A DNA stretch of 64,000 nt from Balanoglossus misakiensis. Taxonomy: Eukaryota > Animalia > Hemichordata. Below, piece after piece: positions 27,101 to 39,100 of the stretch. The stretch's first letter is position 1. Each line of letters begins with the position of its first letter. The notes beneath the pieces were generated by a model. That model was not told the origin of the DNA. It was given only the letters and a program-made list of their open reading frames with translations, and searched no databases. Where the stretch lies: NCBI GenBank assembly GCA_040954595.2, contig CM082578.2, forward strand, positions 1 through 64,000, given 5' to 3'. The position numbers were made by a program, and so were the translations under genes.

Positions 27101-30100
27101 GCCGGGGCTTCAGCTGAGCCAGGCCGTAGGAAACCCGACGTGATTACCGTTGTTAACTTACGCCAGTCTGTGTCCTATATATAGTGCCGGGGCATCAGCT
27201 GTGCCAGGCCGAAGGAAATGGGAGTAGATCAACGTGGTCTCTGTACGCGTGTTTCTGCTCTAGAGTGCCAGGGCTTTAGCAAAGCCATGCCGTAGGAAAT
27301 CTGACTTGATCAACGTTGCTAACGAACGCTAGTGTCTGTCATAGTGTGCCGGGGTTTTAGTCGAGCCAAGCCGTAGGAGATCAGACTTGATCAACGTGGT
27401 CTCTGTACGCGTGTTTCTGCTCTAGAGTGCCGGGGCTTTATCCCAGCCATGCCGTAGAAAATCTGACTTGATCACCGTTGCTAACGTGCGCTAGTGTCTG
27501 TCATATTGTGACGGAGATTTAGCCGAGCCAGGCCGTAGAAAAATCGACTTGTTCAACGTTACCATTGTGCAACTGTTTCTGCTCTAGAGTGTCAGGGTTT
27601 TAGCCGACTTATGCTGTAGGAAATCTGAGTTGATGAATGGGAATTCAATGTTAAAAAACCTGTGTGGAAAGTGTCTCTACCCTTTTGAAACTAAGAAAAT
27701 AATTTATTCTTATTTATTTTGTAAAAATCACAATTTTTCGAAAAAAAGTCGAAAATGGTAATTTTGTCATGGGTGATTCAAATTATACCGCCTTTTCTGG
27801 AATTTGCAGCACTTTTTACAAGAGAACGACACTTCATGCTCCATAATATTTCCGAAAATGAAGAAAAGAGTTAATTTTTTATGATTTTTTAAAAATTTAC
27901 CATTTTTGTCAAAATATGGCCAAAATGGCTATTTTTTCTTGAATTCCGTCAATATCTCTGCATTTTTGGAGTGGTCGAAAGTTTTAACATACAATCAACA
28001 TGTCATATATGATCAGGGCACCAAGTTCGAAGAACAAAGGTTTTTTTTTATTTTTTTTTCTAAAAATGACATTTTCAAGGAAAATTTGGTAAAACGCAAT
28101 TTTGTCTGCAGTGAGCCAAATTGGCCGTTTTTTTGTGGAATTTGTATCGATATATGTATACGAAGAGCATTCTATACTCCATCAGATTTCCGAAAATGTA
28201 GAAAACAGGTATTTTTTGTAATTTTCAAAAATTTACCATTTTGACCGAATTGTGGCTAAAATTGTTATTTTCGTGTTGAATGCCGCCAGTGTCACTGCTT
28301 TTAAAAGTCATTAAAACTTTTAACATACAAGCAATTGTTTATATATGATCAGGTCACCGAATTTGATCAACGTGGTCAATGTACGCCTGTTTCTGATCTA
28401 GAGTGCCGGGGCTTCAGCTGAGCCAGGCCGAAGGAAATGTGAGTAGATCAACGTGGTTTCTGTACGCGTGTTTCTGCTCTAGAGTGCCAGGGCTTTAGCC
28501 AAGCCATGCCGTAGGAAATCTGACTTGATCAACGTTGCTAACGAACGCTAGTGTCTGTCATATTGTGACGGAGATTTAGCCGAGCCAGGCCGTAGAAAAA
28601 TCGACTTGTTCAACGTTACCAGTGTGCAACTGTTTCTGCTCTAGAGTGTCAGGGTTTTAGCCGACTTATGCTGTAGGAAATCTGAGTTGATGAATGGGAA
28701 TTCAATGTTAAAAAACCTGTGTGGAAAGTGTCTCTACCCTTTTGAAACTAAGAAAATAATTTATTCTTATTTATTTTGTAAAAATCACAATTTTTCGAAA
28801 AAAAGTCGAAAATGGTAATTTTGTCATGGGTGATTCAAATTATACCGCCTTTTCTGGAATTTGCAGCACTTTTTACAAGAGAACGACACTTCATGCTCCA
28901 TAATATTTCCGAAAATGAAGAAAAGAGTTAATTTTTTATGATTTTTTAAAAATTTACCATTTTTGTCAAAATATGGCCAAAATGGCTATTTTTTCTTGAA
29001 TTCCGTCAATATCTCTGCATTTTTGGAGTGGTCGAAAGTTTTAACATACAATCAACATGTCATATATGATCAGGGCACCAAATTCGAAGAACAAAGGTTG
29101 TTTTTATTTTTTTTTCTAAAAATGACATTTTCAAGGAAAATTTGGTAAAACGCAATTTTGTCTGCAGTGAGCCAAATTGGCCGTTTTTTTGTGGAATTTG
29201 TATCGATATATGTATACGAAGAGCATTCTATACTCCATCAGATTTCCGAAAATGTAGAAAACAGGTATTTTTTGTAATTTTCAAAAATTTACCATTTTGA
29301 CCGAATTGTGGCTAAAATTGTTATTTTCGTGTTGAATGCCGCCAGTGTCACTGCTTTTAAAAGTCATTAAAACTTTTAACATACAAGCAATTGTTTATAT
29401 ATGATCAGGTCACCGAATTTAAAGAATAAAGAATGTTTTCCCTAAAAATGACCTTTTTGGTGCAAAAACGAATAAAACGCAATTTCGTATTAAATCAGCT
29501 CATTCAGAGTGCATTTTTTAAAATCAGCACCATTTTTACATATAATGGAAATTTCATACATCATCAGATATCCAAATATGAAAAAATGATTTAGATTTTA
29601 GATGATTGTCCAAAAGTAGCTGATATCTAATAAATATAGTATTGAACCGTTCTGTTCCCCCCCCCCTACATTAAATGCGGTACGCCGATGTCAGCTTACC
29701 CGTCAGTACTGCAGGCCGTGCCCACAACTAACGTCGGTGTTTGAAACGCCCTGGTTAAATTCGGGCTTTCTCTATAAATTGACAGGCAATAATGTAGTCC
29801 TACCATTACAAATGTCGAGTGTTGACCCGCTGTGACTTTCCCTCTTCGGTTTGCCCGACTTAGCCAACGTCTTTGTACTAGAGTGTCGGGTGTTTTGCAG
29901 AGCCAGGCCGAAGGAAATCCGACTTGATCACCGTTGCTAACGAACGCTAGTGTCTGTCATGGTGTGCCGGGGTTTTAGTCGAGCCAGGCCGTAGGAGATC
30001 TGACTGGATCATCGTGGTCAATGTACGCGTGTTTCCGCTCTAAAGTGCCGGGGCTTCAGCTAAACCAGGCCGTAGGAAATCCGACGTAATCACCGTTGAT

Positions 30101-33100
30101 AACTTACGCCAGTCTGTGTCATATAGAGCCGGTGCACCAGCCGAGTCACGCCGTAGGAATCTAATTTGATCAACGTGGTCAATGTACGCCTGTTTCTGCT
30201 CTAGAGTGCCGGGGCTTCAGCTGAGCCAGGCCGTAGGAAACCCGACGTGATTACCGTTGTTAACTTACGCCAGTCTGTGTCCTATATATAGTGCCGGGGC
30301 ATCAGCCGTGCCAGGCCGAAGGAAATGTGAGTAGATCAACGTGGTCTCTGTACGCTTGTTTCTGCTCTAGAGTGCCAGGGCTTTAGCCAAGCCATGCCGT
30401 AGAAAATCTGACTTGATCACCGTTGCTAACGAACGCTAGTGTCTGTCATAGTGTGCCGGGGTTTTAGTCGAACCAAGCCGTAGGAGATCAGACTTGATCA
30501 ACGTGGTCTCTGTACGCTAGAGTGCCAGGGCCTGGTTAAATTCGGGCTTTCTCTATAAATTGACAGGCAATAATTTGCGTTTTACCAAATTTTCCTTGAA
30601 AATGTCATTTTTAGAAGAAAAAAATAAAAAACCTTTGTTCTTCGAATTTAGTGCCTGATCATATATGACATGTTGATTGTATGTTAAAACTTTCGACCAC
30701 TCCAAAAATGCTGAGATATTGACGGAATTCAAGAAAAAATAGCCATTTTGGCCATATTTTGACAAAAATGGTAAATTTTTAAAAAATCATAAAAAATTAA
30801 CTCTTTTCTTCATTTTCGGAAATATTATAGAGCATGAAGTGTCGTTCTCTTGTAAAAAGTGCTGCAAATTCCAGAAAAGGCGGTATAATTTGAATCACCC
30901 AAGACAAAATTACCATTTTCGACTTTTTTTCGAAATATTGTTTTTTTACAAAATAAATAAGAATAAATTCTTTTCTTAGTTCCAAACGGGTAGAGATACT
31001 TTCCACACGGATTTCTAACATTGAATTCCCGTTCATCAACTCAGATTTCCTACAAGTCGGCTAAAACCCTGACACTCTAGAACAGAAACAGTTGCACACT
31101 GGTAACGTTGAACAAGTCGATTTTTCTACGGCCTGGCTCGGCTAAATCTCCGTCACAATATGACAGACACTAGCGTAGGTTAGCAACGGTGATCAAGTCA
31201 GATTTTCTACGGCATGGCTTGGATAAAGCCCCGGCACTCCAGAGCAGAAACACGCGTACAGAGACCACGTTGATCAAGTCTGATCTCCTACGGCTTGGTT
31301 CGACTAAAACCCCGGCACACTATGACAGACACTAGCGTTCGTTAGCAACGGTGATCAAGTCAGATTTTCTACGGTATGGCTTGGCTAAAGCCCTGGCACT
31401 CTAGAGCAGAAACACGCGTACAGAGACCACGTTGATCTACTCACATTTCCTACGGCGTGACTCCGCTGGTGCCCCGGCACTATATATAGGACACAAACTG
31501 GCGTAAGTTAACAACGGTAATCACGTCGGGTTTCCTACGGCCTGGCTCAGCTGAAGCCCTGGCTCTCTAGAGCAGAAACAGGCGTACATTGACCACGATG
31601 ATCAAGTCAGATCTCCTACGGCTTGGCTCGACTAAAACCCCGGCACACTATGACAGACACTAGCGTTCGTTAGCAACGTTGATCAATTCAGATTTCCTAC
31701 GGCATGGCTTGGCTAAAGCCCTGGCATTCTAGAGCAGAAACACGCGTACAGAGACCACATTGATCTACTCACATTTCCTTAGGCCTGGCACGGCTGATGC
31801 CCCGCACTATATATAGGACACAGACTGGCGTAAGTTAACAACGGTAATCACGTCGGGTTTCCTACGGCCTAGCTCAGCTGAAGCCCCGGCACTCTAGAGC
31901 AGAAACAGGCGTACATTGACCACGTTGATCAAATTAGATTCCTACGGCGTGACTCGGCTGGTGCACCGGCTCTATATGACACAGACTGGCGTAAGTTATC
32001 AACGGTGATTACGTCGGATTTCCTACGGCCTGGTTTAGCTGAAGCCCCGGCACTTTAGAGCGGAAACACGCGTACATTGACCACGATGATCCAGTCAGAT
32101 CTCCTACGGCCTGGCTCGACTAAAACCCCGGCACACCATGACAGACACTAGCGTTCGTTAGCAACGGTGATCAAGTCGGATTTCCTTCGGCCTGGCTCTG
32201 CAAAACACCCGACACTCTAGTACAAAGACGTTGGCTAAGTCGGGCAAACCGAAGAGGGAAAGTCACAGCGGGTCAACACTCGACATTTGTTCCGGTAGGA
32301 CTACATTATTGCCTGTCAATTTATAGAGAAAGCCCGAATTTAACCAGGGCGTTTCAAACACCGACGTTAGTTGTGGGCACGGCCTGCAGTACTGACGGGT
32401 AAGCTGACATCGGCGTACCGCATTTAATGTAGGGGGGGGGGGGAACAGAACGGTTCAATACTATATTTATTAGATATCAGCTACTTTTGGACAATCATCT
32501 AAAATCTAAATCATTTTTTCATATTTGGATATCTGATGATGTATGAAATTTCCATTATATGTAAAAATGGTGCTGATTTTAAAAAATGCACTCTGAATGA
32601 GCTGATTTAATACAAAATTGCGTTTTATTCGTTTTTGCACCAAAAAGGTCATTTTTAGGGAAAACATTCTTTATTCTTTAAATTCGGTGACCTGATCATA
32701 TATAAACAATTGCTTGTATGTTAAAAGTTTTAATGACTTTTAAAAGCAGTGACACTGGCGGCATTCAACACGAAAATAACAATTTTAGCCACAATTCGGT
32801 CAAAATGGTAAATTTTTGAAAATTACAAAAAATACCTGTTTTCTACATTTTCGGAAATCTGATGGAGTATAGAATGCTCTTCGTATACATATATCGATAC
32901 AAATTCCACAAAAAAACGGCCAATTTGGCTCACTGCAGACAAAATTGCGTTTTACCAAATTTTCCTTGAAAATGTCATTTTTAGAAAAAAAAATAAAAAA
33001 AACCTTTGTTCTTCGAATTTGGTGCCCTGATCATATATGACATGTTGATTGTATGTTAAAACTTTCGACCACTCCAAAAATGCAGAGATATTGACGGAAT

Positions 33101-34645
33101 TCAAGATAAAATAGCCATTTTGGCCATATTTTGACAAAAATGGTAAATTTTTAAAAAATCATAAAAAATTAACACTTTTCTTCATTTTCGGAAATATTAT
33201 GGAGCATGAAGTGTCGTTCTCTTGTAAAAAGTGCTGCAAATTCCAGAAAAGGCGGTATAATTTGAATCACCCATGACAAAATTACCATTTTCGACTTTTT
33301 TTCGAAAAATTGTGATTTTTACAAAATAAATAAGAATAAATTCTTTTCTTAGTTTCAAACGGGTAGAGATACTTTCCACACGGGTTTTCTAACATTGAAT
33401 TCCCGTTCATCAACTCAGATTTCCTACAGCATAAGTCGGCTAAAACCCTGACACTCTAGAGCAGAAACAGTTGCACACTGGTAACGTTGAACAAGTCGAT
33501 TTTTCTACGGCCTGGCTCGGCTAAATCTCCGTCACAATATGACAGACACTAGCGTACGTTAGCAACGGTGATCAAGTCAGATTTTCTACGGCATGGGTTG
33601 GATAAAGCCCCGGCACTCTAGAGCAGAAACACGCGTACAGAGACCACGTTGATCAAGTCTGATCTCCTACGGCTTGGCTCGACTAAAACCCCGGCACACT
33701 ATGACAGACACTAGCGTTCGTTAGCAACGTTGATCAAGTCAGATTTCCTACGGCATGGCTTGGCTAAAGCCCTGGCACTCTAGAGCAGAAACACGCGTAC
33801 AGAGACCACGTTGATCTACTCACATTTCCTTCGGCCTGGCACGGCTGATGCCCGGCACAATATATAGGACACAAACTGGCGTAAGTTAACAACGGTAATC
33901 ACGTCGGGTTTCCTACGGCCTGGCTCAGCTGAAGCCCCGGCACTCTAGAGCAGAAACAGGCGTACATTGACCACGTTGATCAAGTCAGATTTCCTACGGC
34001 GTGATTCGGCTGGTGCACCGGCTCTATATGACACAGACTGGCGTAAGTTATCAACGGTGATTACGTCGGATTTCCTACGGCCTGGTTTAGCTGAAGCCCC
34101 GGCACTTTAGAGCGGAAACACGCGTACATTGACCACGATGATCAAGTCAGATCTCCTACGGCCTGGCTCGACTAAAACCCCGGCACACCATGACAGACAC
34201 TAGCGTTCGTTAGCAACGGTGATCAAGTCGGATTTCCTTCGGCCTGGCTCTGCAAAAGACCCGACACTCTAGTACAAAGACGTTGGCTAAGTTGGGCAAA
34301 CCGAAGAGGGAAAGTCGCAGCGGGTCAACACTCGACATTTGTTCCGGTAGGACTGCATTATTGCCTGTCGATTTATAGAGAGAGCCCGAATTTAACCAGG
34401 GCGTTTCAAACACCGACGTTTGTTGGGGGCACGGCCTACAGTACTGCCGGGTAAGCTGACATCGGCGTACCGCATATAATGTAAGGGGGGGGGGGACAGA
34501 ACGGTTCAATACTACATTTATTAGATATCAGCTAATTTTGGACAATCATCTAAAATCTAAATCATTTTTTCATATTTGGATATCTGATGATGTATGAAAT
34601 TTCCATTATATGTAAAAATGGTGCTTATTATAAAACATGCACTCT

Positions 34646-36178
34646 GGCCATATTTTGACAAAAATGGTAAATTTTTGAAAAATCATAAAAAATTAACTCT
34701 TTTCTTCATTTTCGGAAATATTATGGAGCATGAAGTGTCGTTCTCTTGTAAAAAGTGCTGCAAATTCCAGAAAAGGCGGTATAATTTGAATCACCAAAGA
34801 CAAAATTGCAATTTTTCGACTTTTTTTCGAAAAATTGTCTTTTTTACAAAATAAATAAGAATAAATTCTTTTCTTAGTTTCAAACGGGTAGAGATACTTT
34901 CCACACGGGTTTTCTAACATTGAATTCTCGTTCATCAACTCAGATTTCCTACAGCATAAGTCGGCTAAAACCCTGACACTCTAGAGCAGAAACAGTTGCA
35001 CACTGGTAACGTTGAACAAGTCGATTTTTCTACGGCCTGGCTCGGCTAAATCTCCGTCACAATATGACAGACACTAGCGTACGTTAGCAACGGTGATCAA
35101 GTCAGATTTTCTACGGCATGGGTTGGATAAAGCCCCGGCACTCTAGAGCAGAAACACGCGTACAGAGACCACGTTGATCAAGTCTGATCTCCTACGGCTT
35201 GGCTCGACTAAAACCCCGGCACACTATGACAGACATTAGCGTTCGTTAGCAACGTTGATCAAGTCAGATTTCCAACGGCATGGCTTGGCTAAAGCCCTGG
35301 CACTCTAGAGCAGAAACACGCGTACAGAGACCACGTTGATCTACTCACATTTCCTTCGGCCTGGCACGGCTGATGCCCCGGCACTATATATAGGACACAA
35401 ACTGGCGTAAGTTAACAACGGTAATCACGTCGGGTTTCCCACGGCCTGGCTCAGCTGAAGCCCCGGCACTCTAGAGCAGAAACAGGCGTACATTGACCAC
35501 GTTGATCAAGTAAGATTTCCTACGGCGTGATTCGGCTGGTGCACCGGCTCTATATGACACAGACTGGCGTAAGTTATCAACGGTGATTACGTCGGATTTC
35601 CTACGGCCTGGTTTAGCTGAAGCCCCGGCACTTCAGAGCGGAAACACGCGTACATTGACCACGATGATCAAGTCAGATCTCCTACGGCCTGGCTCGACTA
35701 AAACCCCGGCACACCATGACAGACACTAGCGTTCGTTAGCAACGGTGATCAAGTCGGATTTCCTTCGGCCTGGCTCTGCAAAAGACCCGACACTCTAGTA
35801 CAAAGACGTTGGCTAAGTTGGGCAAACCGAAGAGGGAAAGTCGCAGCGGGTCAACACTCGACATTTGTTCCGGTAGGACTGCATTATTGCCTGTCGATTT
35901 ATAGAGAGAGCCCGAATTTAACCAGGGCGTTTCAAACACCGACGTTTGTTGGGGGCACGGCCTACAGTACTGCCGGGTAAGCTGACATCGGCGTACCGCA
36001 TATAATGTAAGGGGGGGGGGGGGGGGGACAGAACGGTTCAATACTACATTTATTAGATATCAGCTAATTTTGGACAATCATCTAAAATCTAAATCATTTT
36101 TTCATATTTGGATATCTGATGATGTATGAAATTTCCATTATATGTAAAAATGGTGCTTATTATAAAACATGCACTCTG
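34646..36178 (-). repeat. ~1532-bp deletion-derivative monomer (junction present twice)
   Basis: The junction catgcactctg|gccatattttg occurs at ~34646 and ~36178. About 520 bp of the AT domain is missing. Confidence 0.9.
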
Positions 36179-39100
36179 GCCATATTTTGACAAAAATGGT
36201 AAATTTTTGAAAAATCATAAAAAATTAACTCTTTTCTTCATTTTCGGAAATATTATGGAGCATGAAGTGTCGTTCTCTTGTAAAAAGTGCTGCAAATTCC
36301 AGAAAAGGCGGTATAATTTGAATCACCAAAGACAAAATTGCAGTTTTTCGACTTTTTTTCGAAAAATTGTCTTTTTTACAAAATAAATAAGAATAAATTC
36401 TTTTCTTAGTTTCAAACGGGTAGAGATACTTTCCACACGGGTTTTCTAACATTGAATTCTCGTTCATCAACTCAGATTTCCTACAGCATAAGTCGGCTAA
36501 AACCCTGACACTCTAGAGCAGAAACAGTTGCACACTGGTAACGTTGAACAAGTCGATTTTTCTTCGGCCTGGCTCGGCTAAATCTCCGTCACAATATGAC
36601 AGACACTAGCGTACGTTAGCAACGGTGATCAAGTCAGATTTTCTACGGCATGGGTTGGATAAAGCCCCGGCACTCTAGAGCAGAAACACGCGTACAGAGA
36701 CCACGTTGATCAAGTCTGATCTCCTACGGCTTGGCTCGACTAAAACCCCGGCACACTATGACAGACATTAGCGTTCGTTAGCAACGTTGATCAAGTCAGA
36801 TTTCCAACGGCATGGCTTGGCTAAAGCCCTGGCACTCTAGAGCAGAAACACGCGTACAGAGACCACGTTGATCTACTCACATTTCCTTCGGCCTGGCACG
36901 GCTGATGCCCCGGCACTATATATAGGACACAAACTGGCGTAAGTTAACAACGGTAATCACGTCGGGTTTCCCACGGCCTGGCTCAGCTGAAGCCCCGGCA
37001 CTCTAGAGCAGAAGCAGGCGTACATTGACCACGTTGATCAAGTAAGATTTCCTACGGCGTGATTCGGCTGGTGCACCGGCTCTATATGACACAGACTGGC
37101 GTAAGTTATCAACGGTGATTACGTCGGATTTCCTACGGCATGGTTTAGCTGAAGCCCCGGCACTTTAGAGCGGAAACACGCGTACATTGACCACGATGAT
37201 CAAGTCAGATCTCCTACGGCCTGGCTCGACTAAAACCCCGGCACACCATGACAGACACTAGCGTTCGTTAGCAACGGTGATCAAGTCTGATTTCCTTCGG
37301 CCTGGCTCTGCAAAAGACCCGACACATTAGTACAAAGACGTTGGCTAAGTCGGGCAAACCGAAGAGGGAAAGTCACAGCGGGTCAACACTCGACATTTGT
37401 TCGGGTAGGACTGCATTATTGCCTGTCAATTTATAGAGAAAGCCCGAATTTAACCAGGGCGTTTCAAACACCGACGTTATTTGGGGGCACGGCCTGCAGT
37501 ACTGCCGGGTAAGCTGACATCGGCGTACCGCATATAATGTAGGGGGGGGGGGACAGAACGGTTCAATACTACATTTATCAGATATCAGCTAATTTTGGAC
37601 AATCATCTAAAATCTAAATCATTTTTTCATATTTGGATATCTGATGATGTATGAAATTTCCAATATATGTAAAAATGGTGCTGATTATAAAAAATGCACT
37701 CTGAATGAGCTGATTTAATACAAAATTGCGTTTTATTCGTTTTTGCACCAAAAAGGTCATTTTTAGGCAAAACATTCTTTATTTTTTTAATTCGGTGGCC
37801 TGATCATATATAAGCAATTGCTTGCATGTTAAAAGTTTTTATGACTTTTAAAAGCAGTGACACTGGCGGCATTCAACACGAAAATAACAATTTTAACCAC
37901 AATTTGGTCAAAATGGTAAATTTTTGAAAATTACAAAAAATTCCTGTTTTCTACATTTTCGGAAATCTGATGGAGTATAGAATGCTCTTCGTATATATAT
38001 ATCGATACAAATTCCACAAAAGACCGTCTAATTTGGCTCACTGCAGACAAAATTGCGTTTTACCAAATTTTTCTTGAAAATGTCATTTTTAGAAAAATAA
38101 AATAAAAAAACCTTCGTTCTTCGAATTTGGTGCCCTGATCATATATGACATGTTGATTGTATGTTAAAACTTTCGACCACTCCAAAAATGCAGAGATATT
38201 GACGGAATTCAAGAAAAAATAGCCATTTTGGCCATATTTTGACAAAATGGTACATTTTTAAAAAATCATAAAAAATAAACTCTTTTCTTCATTTTCGGAA
38301 ATATTATGGAGCATGAAGTGTCGTTCTCTTGTAAAAAGTGCTGCAAATTCCAGAAAATGTGGTATAATTTGAATCACCCAAGACAAAATTGCAATTTTTC
38401 GACTTTTTTTCGAAAAATTGTCTTTTTTACAAAATAAATAAGAATACATTCTTTTCTTAGTTTCAAACGGGTAGAGATACTTTCCACACGGGTTTTCTAA
38501 CATTGAATTCCCGTCATCAACTCAGATTTCCTACAGCATAAGTCGGCTAAAACCCTGACACTCTAGAGCAGATACAGTTGCACACTGGTAACGTTGAACA
38601 AGTCGATTTTTCTACGGCCTGGCTCGGCTAAATCTCCGTCACAATATGACAGACACTAGCGTACGTTAGCAACGGTGATCAAGTCAGATTTTCTACGGCA
38701 TGGGTTGGATAAAGCCCCGGCACTCTAGAGCAGAAACACGCGTACAGAGACCACGTTGATCAAGTCTGATCTCCTACGGCTTGGCTCGACTAAAACCCCG
38801 GCACACTATGACAGACATTAGCATTCGTTAGCAACGTTGATCAAGTCAGATTTCCTACGGCATGGCTTGGCTAAAGCCCTGGCACTCTAGAGCAGAAACA
38901 CGCGTACAGAGACCACGTTGATCTACTCACATTTCCTTCGGCCTGGCACGGCTGATGCCCCGGCACTATATATAGGACACAAACTGGCGTAAGTTAACAA
39001 CGGTAATCACGTCGGGTTTCCCACGGCCTGGCTCAGCTGAAGCCCCGGCACTCTAGAGCAGAAACAGGCGTACATTGACCACGTTGATCAAGTAAGATTT

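Larger units (their letters stand above)
2653..30574 (+). repeat. satellite orientation block 2 (forward)
   Basis: Twelve poly-C tracts at about 4457, 6505, 8557, 10612, 12667, 14911, 16995, 19051, 23221, 25471, 26710 and 29657. Includes deleted monomers and LINE relics. Confidence 0.96.
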
